From NCBI GenBank assembly GCA_951406725.2, contig OX597814.1, forward strand, positions 91,574,001 through 91,638,000: DNA of 64,000 nucleotides, read 5' to 3'. Shown here piece after piece: positions 13,732 to 25,609 of this stretch. Position 1 is the stretch's first letter; the number at the start of each line of letters is the position of its first letter. The notes below the pieces were generated by a model that was not told the origin of the DNA, did not search any database, and saw only the letters and a program-made list of their open reading frames with translations. The DNA comes from Octopus vulgaris. Taxonomy: Eukaryota. The position numbers and the translations under genes are program-made.

Positions 13732-15015
13732 CATGGATGCATATAACACAAAGGGAATCTTTATTATATATGCATTGTAAATACTTATGCATGCAACAAT
13801 ACAAATCTTTAATAATTTTCTGAAATATTCTGTTTGACTGTAAGAGACTACAAGTTTTTTTCTGAATATAAAGGCGCAAATTTGTAGATTTGTTGCATTG
13901 TTGGATAGAATGTTTCTCTGTGTTTTCACAATGTTTTCACCCTAACTTTAAACTGCTGTGCAATAACACCTTTCGCCTTCCCAAACACAAGTTGCTGACA
14001 TCACCCAAGGCTTAACCAAATAGATTTTTTTCTGGTGAAAACTGGGCCTCCAGGATAAAAACAAATAAACATTGATCTAATTGAGACCAGTGGTGTCTTA
14101 AGGGAAACAACAAATCGGAACACTGTACGACCGATATATTGCATTTAATATATAATCAATAAAAGAATTTCTTGCTATTCTGACACATAAAGCAGCCATA
14201 TTGTTATTTGAGTAAAAATAGTTCGCTTACGGCATTTTAGAAACGCTAGGTTCTTATCAGTTATCAACTCTTATATTATTCATCGCAATATGTTCTAGTA
14301 CACCATGTTAATTGACTCGAGTATATTCATATTTTCACGTAGTCAATTTTATGCAGGTCAGTGAGTTGGAATACAGTTTACAGAGAATTTTAAATCATAT
14401 ATATCACTAAATAATTGCACCTAAAATATTTATTCTATATTCTATATGCAACATTTCTTGTTTATGTCTATTTGAGACATCCACAGCTATAAAGAAATGT
14501 GAAAGCTAAATGTGATGAGAAATCTCTCCCCTCGCCTCATCTACTTTTCTCTTTCCTGCTCTCTTGTGTGTCTATTGCAGTCTGCATGTATATGTAGATG
14601 GATGGCTGACTGGCTGGCTGACTGCCTGGTTGGATGGATGCTTTAATGGACAAGTGGACGGTAAATTGGCATACAGCGTCGGAAAAATGCTTTTGTAAAT
14701 ATTTCGGTTATCACATTGCCATAAAAACAATCCGTATAAATTAAACTATTTAGTTGATTGCATTCCACCAGCTATTGTATTTCTTTACATGGCTAGAAAT
14801 AATTTCGAACAATATTTTATTCTAAATTTCGATTTTCGCTCACTCAAGCGTCAAATGCGTATTTCTAAAGAAATAGACCTTATTAACAAAAGTGAAAAAA
14901 ACTCTACGAAGTTAAAATACACATTGAATAAGAAGTATTTGTAAAAACGAACTTATTTAGACATCGATCAAAAGATATTAATGGCAGAGAAAAATGTTTA
15001 GGAATGTATGTATGA

Positions 15016-15046
<31 letters not shown>

Positions 15047-15239
15047 ACGAATCACTGGCGCAAAGCAGTGTTTAATTATAGGCAGAATTTAGAAAACTAT
15101 CCTCCATGTTTGTTTTCGTTCGGTTTTCTTGTATGTCTGCACTGTCATTTTTTTGTTCGCAACATTAACTCTCCATAAATCCTAAATATTATTTTAGAAT
15201 TTATGGGAGGAACTGTCTTTGAAGATTCATATATATATA

Positions 15240-15310
<71 letters not shown>

Positions 15311-15347
15311 TATATATATATTTTCTAAGTGACTCACAATCACTGAT

Positions 15348-15880
15348 CAAATAAAATAGAAACATTGATGTTCCTAAATATTTCAAGGAGAGATATTCAT
15401 AGCAGCACTTTAAATTCACGAGTGTTTTCCAACCTAATGTGGTAGTCCCCTTTTGGGACGAATGCGAATGTTGTTTAGTCCCCGGAGACATCGTCAACAA
15501 CTGGCTTTACGACACGCGATCTGTATCCTTATATTTTCGAACAGGGGAGGTTGGCACCCCCACCCAGCAAAAGGCAGTGTCTGTCGACCGTACTGTTTCG
15601 GGGTTATTTTTCGGTTGCGATGGTACTGCTAAACACATGTTCGAAAACATATACTCAACCAATAAAATAGAAACAGTGTTGTTCCTAAATCTCTCAACAA
15701 GAGATATTCAGTAGCAGTACATTAACGTGATCGGTTTCTGCCAACCTAATGTGACAGTTCCATTTTGGGGCAAATGCTAGTGTTGTTTAGCCCCGGTAGA
15801 CATCATCTCCTGCTGGATACACGACACACGATCTGTGTCCTCATATTTCTGAACAGAGGAAGTTAGCATCGCCACCCAGT

Positions 15881-15883
<3 letters not shown>
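15348..15883. repeat. Diverged tandem duplication with a period of about 310 bp
   Basis: 15350-15570 and 15661-15880 share ordered blocks: aataaaatagaaaca, gttcctaaat, agagatattca, ccaacctaatgtg, tgttgtttag.cccgg.agacatc, gatctgt.tcc and cacccag. Confidence 0.8.
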
Positions 15884-15944
<61 letters not shown>

Positions 15945-16031
15945 TATTAGAGACAAAACCACTATTTTGCAAAACAAACAAGGAAAGACTTAATCAATAC
16001 ATAAAATTTTAATAAATAGTCAAAAAAACCG

Positions 16032-16074
16032 CCACTACAATTGTTTCCTGTCTTGATCGACAATCTTCAGGTGG
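16032..16074 (-). ncRNA. Minimal type-I hammerhead ribozyme motif (inverted copy)
   Basis: It is the same as 17136-17178 except for CTGAAGA. The difference is at the variable N7 position. Confidence 0.9.
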
Positions 16075-17135
16075 ACTTCCAATCTAAAATATCAATATTT
16101 TAAAATATAAAAATAATAATTTTAAAATAATTAAAGTATTAATGAAAAAATATAAATATATAATCCATATATAACCTATATATAATCCATATATAATCAA
16201 TATATAAACAATATATAAACTAAAATAAACCTATCAACAATTAAATATAAAATATAAAATATAAAATATAAAATATAAAATAAAAAATATAAAATATAAA
16301 ATATAAAATATAAAACAAAACAAAAAAAATAATAATAATATAATAATAAACTATATATACACCCATACACATATAACTAATTATATATAACCATATCTAA
16401 CTACATACACTAAATCACACTCCTATATATATATCCCTATACATACACATAAAAACGTCTAGGCAACTATAAATAAATAAAATAGCTAAATACTTCAACA
16501 CAATACTTATTCATACTCTCACACACACACATACAACCCACATTCACGCTCTAGAAACGGACATCACTTAAAAAGTGTTCGTTTTACCAAGTGAATATAA
16601 TTTTTAATTCCATTTATTCCATTTCTCCGTTCATAATTTTAAGTGATGTCCGTTTCTAGAGCGTGAATGTGGGTTGTATGTGTGTGTGTGAGAGTATGAA
16701 TAAGTATTGTGTTGAAGTATTTAGCTATGTTATTTATTTATAGTTGCCTAGACGTTTTTATGTGTATGTATAGGGATATATATATAGGAGTGTGATTTAG
16801 TGTATGTAGTTAGATATGGTTATATATAATTAGTTATATGTGTATGGGTGTATATATAGTTTATTATTATATTATTATTATTTTTTTTGTTTTGTTTTAT
16901 ATTTTATATTTTATATTTTATATTTTTTATTTTATATTTTATATTTTATATTTTATATTTTATATTTAATTGTTGATAGGTTTATTTTAGTTTATATATT
17001 GTTTATATATTGATTATATATGGATTATATATAGGTTATATATGGATTATATATTTATATTTTTTCATTAATACTTTAATTATTTTAAAATTATTATTTT
17101 TATATTTTAAAATATTGATATTTTAGATTGGAAGT

Positions 17136-17178
17136 CCACCTGATGATTGTCGATCAAGACAGGAAACAATTGTAGTGG
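17136..17178 (+). ncRNA. Minimal type-I hammerhead ribozyme motif
   Basis: The motif is ccac-CTGATGA-ttgtc(gatcaa)gacag-GAA-ACAATTGT-A-gtgg. It has stem I ccac/gtgg, a 5-bp stem II, a palindromic stem III and a GUA cleavage triplet. Confidence 0.9.
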
Positions 17179-17355
17179 CGGTTTTTTTGACTATTTATTA
17201 AAATTTTATGTATTGATTAAGTCTTTCCTTGTTTGTTTTGCAAAATAGTGGTTTTTGTCTCTAATAATATTTTATAATATTTTACTATAAAATTGGATTT
17301 AATCCTAAATCTGATTTTTTTCCCTGTAAATTTGGATTTATTCCCTAATATTTAT

Positions 17356-17402
<47 letters not shown>

Positions 17403-17616
17403 ATTCTTCCGTTATGGTGAGATTAACAAAAAAAAATGGTACTCCATAAATATTATTTGATTAACACAGTATATATTTTATGAGCTACTAATTGTTCCAA
17501 GCAATGAAAACATCTCATACAACATCTTTAAACAAGTCTGATGCTTTTACGCAATCCTCCCGCAGTTTATATGTATGATGATTCCAATGTTTATATACAT
17601 ACACACACACGCACGG

Positions 17617-17696
<80 letters not shown>

Positions 17697-18502
17697 TAGT
17701 ATTATACTGCAGAAACTTAAAATGTACACATTCACCCCGATTCATACTCCTTCCTTGTTAACATATTTTCATATTTGTAGCTCTTCTCTCTCTCTTTCTC
17801 CCTGTCTCTTTCTCTCTCCCCCTCTCTCTCTCTCTCTCACTCTCTTTTTCTCTACCTCTCTCTCTTTCCCCTCACACTCATACATTTTATACTATTACAA
17901 GAAGATTGGCAACAGTAATTTTGAAGTTACGGCCTGCTACTCTAATCGAACTTTTCGAGAACAGATCGAGACATTGAAATTACTGTCATCATACTTCCTA
18001 CGACAGAATAATACATATATACTATGCAAAAAGTATTGAATAATCCGACAGTTTAATTCAAAATTGATTTTAATTTGGTATAAATATAAACATTAATTTA
18101 TATATGTATCTTTGTGTACGTATGCATGTGTACGTTGCGTATGTATTTGTATGTGTGTGTATGTGTGTGCATGAATGATTGTAGGCAAATAAGCGAGTAA
18201 GTATTGAAGTCTATATGTTGCAGATATATTGTATGAATGCCAAAGATATCTGAAAAACAGCATATGTTTTGTGGTAAAATACATGCATATACATACATAG
18301 GAACACATACGCACGCCTGCACTCGTACACACACACCTGCAATCACACACACACAAATACGCACACATGCACACACATACACACATATACACACACGCTC
18401 ATACACACACAGAGCATATTTATGCGAGCAGAAATCAAGAAATATTTTACCGTAATGTATGAGAACGTTTGTATGGTAAAGGGGAAAATATTTATGTAAT
18501 AC

Positions 18503-18638
18503 CTGAGATGACTGAAGGACTGCATTTGCGATGTGGTAGACTGATTTCCACGTGCCCTCAATACCTGGTTCAGCGAAAAATAACAGATTTGTAATTCCTA
18601 GCAGAGGAAATAATACGATAGTTGCCCGAATGGCTTTC
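18503..18638 (-). CDS. Class B1 GPCR exon, TM6-ECL3-TM7 start
   Basis: Junctions are ttttctcttttatgcag|G AAA GCC ATT ... TCT CAG|gtatta, 136 nt. It translates (R)KAIRATIVLFPLLGITNLLFFAEPGIEGTWKSVYHIANAVLQSSQ, with the TM6 PLLG motif and KA.RAT typical of CRF/DH44-type receptors. Confidence 0.96.
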
Positions 18639-18924
18639 CTGCATAAAAGAGAAAACAAATATTAGCAAAATAGCAATTTCAAAGAGGACAACAACAATAT
18701 CAAAATATTCAATGATAAACGATTCTAATATAAGCTTAAGTGATAATATTTTAGGGTAAAGTGTTAAAGAAATATTCGATTATATGGAATCTAGTAAATG
18801 ATTGGCGCGTATTTCATTAAAATTTGTCGGTTTAACTAAAACTTCCCATGTGTTTTCACCTAAAAAGTATGTAAACAAAGACTAAGTTGATACATAGCTG
18901 TTACCAACTACTCTTAATAATTCT

Positions 18925-19205
18925 TTCTGCTAGGCGGAGTTCTCATCAGTGGCTACGCCAAAACATTACTACATAATTTAGAGGCAGAATAGCACGTGTC
19001 TCATCATTATATATATGTTGTTTAGCTCCGGTAGACATCATCTCCTGCTGGCTACAAATTCACTTCGCAAGCACGGTTTCAGTCGGCAGCAAATGAAAAT
19101 ATGTTTTGGCGTAGCAAATTATTTTATTTGCTAATTAGTTTGAAACATAGGTATGGCTGTAAAAAAAAATCAAGGTAAAAGTTTTTTTTTTTCGTTTTCC
19201 ACTTC
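18925..19205. mobile_element. Partial copy of the MITE at 20981-21480
   Basis: It shares tgctaggcggagttctcatcagtg, caaattcacttcgcaagcacg and agcaaattattttatttgctaattag with 21157-21400. Confidence 0.85.
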
Positions 19206-19249
19206 AACATTGCTCTGAAGTTTTGTTGGAGGGGACTAATTCGGTTATA

Positions 19250-19400
19250 TCGTATCCAGTTCTTGACTGGTATATATTTTATGGATCCCAAAAGGATGAA
19301 AGACAAAGTCGACTCTATGCGAAATTTTAACTCAAAACGTAAAGACGGACGAAAGCCATCCTGTCCTGCGTGATAACGATTCTACTAACTCGCTGCCTTA
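19250..19400 (-). mobile_element. Decayed SINE of the family seen at 27131
   Basis: aaggatgaaagacaaagtcgac is the approximate reverse complement of gtcgactttgcctttcatcctt at about 27154. Confidence 0.7.
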
Positions 19401-19652
19401 ACCACTCTCAATAATAATTATGATAATATCCTACAATGCTTAATTGTTGGACTTCAAAGTAGAGAGATCAATTTCAGAAATGCTCTTCTAGCAGGTTTTC
19501 GAATTAGTAACTGATCTCAGCACATGTTTTAGTCTAGTATGTATTCAATCCTTTGCATTTTTGCCGAATCGGTAGTTATGCTGACGCAATCCAGCCAGCG
19601 CGGGATGTCAGTGTAGAGAGACAAAACAAAAATCCCAAGACAGACAGACACA

Positions 19653-19745
<93 letters not shown>

Positions 19746-20149
19746 GCGTAAACATATACATGCATATATATAGAGAGAGACATACACGCACACGCATAAG
19801 TTTATGTGTGTGTGTGCGCGCGCGCTTGTGTAATGTGGGCATCCCCTTTATTATTGTCCAAAACACCCCTTCAATCCCATTGGTACATCCAGATCTATAG
19901 CAGAAGACGTGTTCCGTCGTGCGATATAAATGAGGCAGAAAAACTCAGAAGAAACCACACGCTTAAGTGACTAAAATATGAACCACACTTCCATGCCAAC
20001 GACAAATATTTTTCCGTACTTGTTATCAGCAACTTCCACTACATCAAACATTTGAAAGCCAGACGCCACCAATTAAACAGTAGCAAGCATACATTAAATG
20101 CGTTACTATTAATATGCAACAAATTTTAATATCATCATATCAAACTAAC

Positions 20150-20235
20150 CTTATTTGTGCACTTTCCATGGTATTATGAGCCCGCAGTTTTGTTACTAGA
20201 ACAAATATAATGTTGATCAGAAAAATGAGGTTAGT
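20150..20235 (-). CDS. Class B1 GPCR (CRF/DH44-receptor-like) exon, TM5 second half and ICL3
   Basis: The minus strand reads ttctctccttcattcacag|ACT AAC CTC...CAA ATA AG|gttagt. This is an 86-nt exon translating TNLIFLINIIFVLVTKLRAHNTMESAQI(R). It has the N.IFL.NI..VLVTKLR motif of secretin-family receptors, and its phase-2 end matches the next exon. Confidence 0.95.
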
Positions 20236-20513
20236 CTGTGAATGAAGGAGAGAAAATATTTAAATAAGATTTTAACATTGAATTGTGAGACGTGTCAGGA
20301 AAAAAACCCATAAATATAGCATTAATATGCAAATTATAAAGTTTTCAAAAATATATTTGCGTGTTAGAAAATGTATGAAAAAATGAACAATATTGCGATT
20401 TCAATATAACTCTAAAAACACAGACAGAAGTATATATATCCATTTGTGCATGTGTGTGTCAGAAAATATAATGAACAGAAATTTATACATATATATATAT
20501 ATATAAATGATTA

Positions 20514-20980
20514 GTGTATGTGATCAAAGGCCAACTAAGATGGAGCGGCCATGTGGTTAGAATGACTGACGAACGACTTCCCAAACAGATCTTCTACTCC
20601 CAACTCAAAGACGACAAGCGTACAAAAGGAGGCCAGAAGAAACACTACAAGGACTCCCTGAAAACGAACCTCAAAAAGTGTGACATCGACTTCACTAACA
20701 GGGAGGAAACGGCAAAAAACAGACCACTCTGGAAAACCACCATCCATGAGGGAACGGCGACTTTCGAGTCGAAGAGGTCTGCAGAGCTGGAGGAGAAAAG
20801 ACGACGACGGAAGGAGCGCCAACAACAACCACGTGCGACTCTCCCTTCCGGCACTAGATGTCCGCACTGCGACCGATCTTTTCAAGCAAGAATTGGTCTT
20901 ATCGGTCACCTACGGACTCACCAGTAAATTTGCGCGAAGACCATCATCCTCGACCTTGAGGGATTGCCATCATCATCACA
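20514..20980 (+). mobile_element. 5'-truncated RTE (BovB-like) LINE 3' end
   Basis: The ORF reads QLRWSGHVVRMTDERLPKQIFYSQL...GGQKKHYKDSLK...CPHCDRSFQARIGLIGHLRTH*. A short 3' UTR ending in (CAT)n follows. Confidence 0.93.
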
Positions 20981-21480
20981 TTTAAACACTAAAGAGGCGA
21001 CCCTTAACAGGCAGCCTTACACGCTAGAAGAGGCAGTCAAAAACGATCAAAACCACATTTAAGAGCAATTTGGAAGGGAATGAAAATTAAAAAGTTTTAC
21101 CTTGTTTTTTACAGCCAAACCTAGGATTCAAACTCTAATTACTAAATAAAATAATTTGCTAGGCGGAGTTCTCATCAGTGACTATGCCAAAACATTAACA
21201 TAAAATTTAGAGACAGAATAACACGTGTCTCTTCATTATAAATTATAATTTCTCAAATTCACTTCGCAAGCACGTAGCAACTGATGAAAACCCCGCTTAG
21301 CAAATTATTTTATTTGCTAATTAGAGTTTGGAACCTAGATATGACTGTAAAAAAATTAAGATAAATGTTTTTATTTTTCATTCCCTTCGAAATTGCACTT
21401 AAATGTGATTTTGATCCTTTTGACTGCTCCTTCTGGCGCGTAAAGTTGTCGGTTAAGGGTCGCCTTAATTGTGATTAAAT
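20981..21480. mobile_element. Foldback MITE with about 200-bp imperfect TIRs
   Basis: Paired blocks include aggcgacccttaac/gttaagggtcgcct, gcagtcaaaa/ttttgactgc and aaataaaataatttgcta/tagcaaattattttattt. There is no ORF. Confidence 0.85.
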
Positions 21481-21612
21481 GTACACTAATTTTATATGGA
21501 GAATATATGTTGTCTATTGGCGTTTTATACATGCTAGGCCACTGGTTGTGAAAATTTTCCAAAATTCGCTACCCTATATATTTATTATACCTGTACACAC
21601 ACACACAAACAC

Positions 21613-21645
<33 letters not shown>

Positions 21646-21668
21646 AACACACACACACACACACACAT

Positions 21669-21727
<59 letters not shown>

Positions 21728-21733
<6 letters not shown>

Positions 21734-22530
21734 GCGGTGTGTAAATTGTCGCGATTTAATATTTATTTTATTTTGTGCATGCACGTTGTTTGTCTTTGAT
21801 TTTGTCGACTACAGATTATAATAGGGTCAGTTAAAAAACAACGCCCTTCACTCTGCTAGAAACTTGGAAACGACATGCTATACTGTTTGGCATTCGCCGG
21901 AAGGTCCAATACGAACACTTAAGAGTTGTTAGGTTTCAATCTGAGGACTGTGCAATCTGAGGTCATGTACCGAAAGTGATAAAAATCAAACATCTAGTCA
22001 CCGTGGTGTTTGGAGTTATCACTAGTGATGGTGATGTTATGCCTCCATTCATCCTTCAACACAGCCTCAGAGACTACACGGAAGTCTACATCAAGTTCCT
22101 CGAGGAGGTAGTGCTGCCCTTGGTCACAAAGGTGGTTGCTGGAAGGCCATGTGTCTGGCAGCTGAACTCTGCACCATGCCACACAAGCAAGAGAACTCGG
22201 CCATGACTGTCAAGACAATTTCTGCGACCACATCACCCCTAACATCTGGCCATCTAACTCCCCAGACAGCAGCCCCTTTGATTATTATGTGTGGGGCGCA
22301 TTTGAGCGAGAGGCCAAAAATCTCCTTGTAACACCAAAAATTAACTAAAGGCAAGGATTATGACCAACTTAAACAAGGTGACTGTCTGTAAGAGCTGCAG
22401 GAAATTCCGAATTCGTCAGGAGACCGTGGTTGAGGCCAATGGCGATTTTATTGAAAAAATTAACACTGTTATATGTCAAGATATTTTTATGTAATTTGGT
22501 AAATATATCTGTTAAAATTATATCCTGATA
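21728..22530 (+). mobile_element. Internally deleted maT/DD37D-like transposon, same family as 1044-2072
   Basis: It has the same 5' end. Fragments read VVFGVITSDGDVMPPFI...WQLNSAPCHTSKRT and IWPSNSP..PFDYYVWG. Confidence 0.85.
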
Positions 22531-23703
22531 TTGTTGTTCTTCAAAGGGCTGCTGACTATTTTACTTTCAACGCCGTCCTCACCCATCGATGTACCCTCAC
22601 TGTCACAGCTTGCATCATATTCGTCACCACTTCATTACGATACGATAACTTCGTTCCACTCCGTGAAATCGTCCTCTCCATTCAGCATCATTGAACCTTT
22701 ACCATCGATCTCCTCCGCATTTTCTCCTTCCACCCTTTCATCTCAATCCTCTTCCTTCTTACCGTTTTGTTTCTCTTCGTCTTCCTCCGCTTCCTCTGCA
22801 TTCGCCTTACCTGCCACCTCACCGGTTACACTGCTCTTTTGTTCTTCTTCCTCCACTTCGTAGTTATCACGTGACGCTTCTTGCGCTTCCTCTTCAGTTT
22901 TCTCCAAAGAACCACCTTTTCTTCTACATTCTTCGTGTACTTCGTCAACGATATCAAGATACTTTTTCACAAGAAAACACTGAACACACCTCAAGCTCGT
23001 ATCGACAATCTGAATGCCAGCAACTCGACAAAAGGGCAATGTTGGGTTCTGCTGTTTCTTTTTATTTTGTTTTTGATTTCGCACTGAAAAGATTTAAGCT
23101 TCCATCTTCAAAGACGCCCTTGGCATAAAACGTTGTGTATGTAACAGTGGCCAAACAGACAACCCGGTGCATGTAACGCATATCCCCGGAAGACTTATTT
23201 TACGCTGTATCCTGCGCCAATAAAAAGAAAGGACAGACCCCTCCAAAATGCAAACAGCTCAGCGGGTATAGCTGCACAAAGGGGTACCATGTTTGAAGTA
23301 TAGTTGACACATTAAGACAACGAGCCAGAAAAGTTGTAGACAGGCAATGCAACGGCAAGATCAAAATAGTGAAAGCAATGAATCAAGAGTTCAATCCTAG
23401 GCGCAACAGGCCACGTGTGGTAGCAGGTTCCTTATGACAATGGACCCCGTTTTGTAACGGGCCATGACGAATGAAATGTTGCTATTAGAATTTGAATCCG
23501 GCGTCCATTGGCCTTATTCACGAGCAAACTTGCAATGCATTCACGTACACATCAAAGAAATAAAATAACATAATAAACATCGTGAAAACAAGACTATGTT
23601 TTAACTTTTATTCAACTGATATATTATTCTATACACGTTCAAACAAATTCGAAAAAATGATAATATATATATATAGATATATAGACAGACAGATAGATAA
23701 ATT

Positions 23704-23770
<67 letters not shown>

Positions 23771-23772
23771 AA

Positions 23773-24726
23773 TATGTGGTTCACTCTAGTGCTAAAAATA
23801 GATCCGCTAATGGTATAGCCACTAAAAGTTGTTTCTAAGAAGAAATACCACTACAGTTAACGTAAGGTAGGTGAAACACAACGAAAAATAGATTAACCCT
23901 GAACAATTGTTTCATTATTAATGTAATATGCAATTTTACTTGCATAACATCCATAAATCTTCAGCAGAGGTTTGTCTTAAATACAATTTATTAAATCGCA
24001 GCGAGCGTCAAATACACGTGCGGTTTAATCGATTGTATTCGTAGTTATGATTCAAATTTCCCCGCCAAAAGAGCGATAAGACTTACTGGAAACGAATACT
24101 GCATAAAATATTTACTGCAGTATACTTAAATATATTTGGAAAGACGTGACTTATCTGTCGAGGGGTAAGAAATATAGCATAATGAAAGTTAAATTTGTTA
24201 CAGAAGATGTAGCAAAACGGCCCTCAAAAGTCCAGCTGAGAAACAGCGAACTTGTCCTAGTTCGGTCATACTGGAACGGCATATGGCCAAAATAATAATA
24301 CCGGCGATACCACCAGAAATGAACGCTTGCTTGATTGTCGCGGCCTCCCTTCTCGACTTGGAAGATAAGATTTCCCCGCGATTTAATAAATTGTATTTAA
24401 GACAAACCTCTGCTGAAAATTTATGGATGTTATGCAAGTAAAATTGCATATTACATTAATAATGAAACAATTGTTCAGGGTTAATTTATTTTTACGTCGT
24501 GTTTCACTTACCTTACGTTAAATGTAGTGGTATTTCTTCTTGGAAACAACTTTTAGAGGCTATACCATTAGCAGATCTATTTTTAGCACTAGAGTGAACC
24601 ACATAGTGGTCGCTCTCTAATATTTATGTATAAATTTGTATTTTCTCCCTTGGTTTTTATGTGCTAAGCCACTTGGTGTTAAATTGAGGGTATTATTAAA
24701 TTAATATCAAATTTTTCACCCTCATT

Positions 24727-24730
<4 letters not shown>
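23773..24730. mobile_element. Non-coding PLE-type inverted-arm element: 227-bp arms, 378-nt spacer, about 125-nt tail, inserted in (TA)n
   Basis: 23773-23999 is the reverse complement of 24378-24605, with about 9 substitutions counted. Each arm has a hammerhead, and (TA)n lies on both flanks. Confidence 0.9.
23895..23972 (-). ncRNA. Type-I hammerhead motif with a long stem II
   Basis: The motif is aacctctg-CTGAAGA-[tttat..atgttatgcaa gtaaaa ttgcatattacat..ataat]-GAA-ACAATTGT-T-cagggtt. The mirror copy at 24405-24482 (+) has G8>A (CTGAAAA). Confidence 0.8.
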
Positions 24731-24774
<44 letters not shown>

Positions 24775-24812
24775 AGAGAGAGAGAGAGAGAGAGAGAGAT
24801 TGATAGATAGAC

Positions 24813-24853
<41 letters not shown>

Positions 24854-24854
24854 C

Positions 24855-24886
<32 letters not shown>

Positions 24887-25609
24887 ATAGAGAGATATAT
24901 AGATAGACAAACAGACAGATAAATAGAAACATACATACATAGATACATACATGCACACACAGACATGTATACAAATTATGCATAATATATATAAAATATG
25001 GATATATTTATGTGGATATATAATTATGTATAAACACACGCAGACATATATCAGTGTGTGCGAGTATATATATGTGTTTGTCGTAAATATTTTCATGTTT
25101 GCAAGACATAGTACTGATTGTAGTAGCATTAATATAGTAAATGTTGTGGTGATAGCGGCACTGAGTTAGCCCAATGGCTTAGAGTACGAATCCATACATA
25201 TATAGGTAGAGGTGTGCATACATACACTCATGGCTACATGCACACGCACACACACACACGCACGCGCGCACGCGCGCGTGCGCGCCAATATAAGTATTAT
25301 CGGCCACATATACTTAACGTATAAATATTGTGTTTTTGCTGGTAGGCAGCGATTTATACATATACACTAATTATTGAATTATAAAGAGAAAGCGATTCAG
25401 GAAATGATAGTCGAAAATGATTAATGTATATCAATATTTGAAATTCAGGACCTCCTCTGGAAATTTATCGGAGATATGTCTATAAACACATAGTATTGAA
25501 ACAGAAGTTAGCTCAATACTATTTTCCCGAATTTTTCTGCAGAAACGGAACTAGCCATGAATTATTGAAATATAAGGTAAAAGTATTGATCATCAATGTT
25601 TGTTATATA

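Larger units (their letters stand above)
15935..17360. mobile_element. Non-coding PLE-type inverted-arm element: about 640-bp arms, 63-nt spacer, about 85-nt one-sided tail, inserted in (TA)n
   Basis: 15935-16573 is the reverse complement of 16637-17276, with about 3 differences seen. Each arm has a hammerhead. The tail is 17277-17360, and (TA)n lies on both flanks. Confidence 0.9.

Noticed and set aside
15935-17276. Pure assembly fold-back artefact
   Set aside because: The arms have substitutions and an indel, a unique spacer and a one-sided tail, and the layout matches three older diverged elements. Read-level confirmation is still needed.
18098-18658. The 186-aa ORF as a full protein
   Set aside because: Only 18503-18638 is exon. 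The rest is intron read-through past the GT donor.
22531-23128. Acidic 113-aa minus-strand ORF and Ser-rich plus-strand ORFs
   Set aside because: They are low complexity, with no recognisable domain or convincing splice context. This is probably a decayed element fragment.
16032-23972. Heterodimeric hammerhead between the two ACAATTGT ribozymes flanking two GPCR exons
   Set aside because: A dimer needs exchanged stem I strands, and ccac does not pair with cagggtt.
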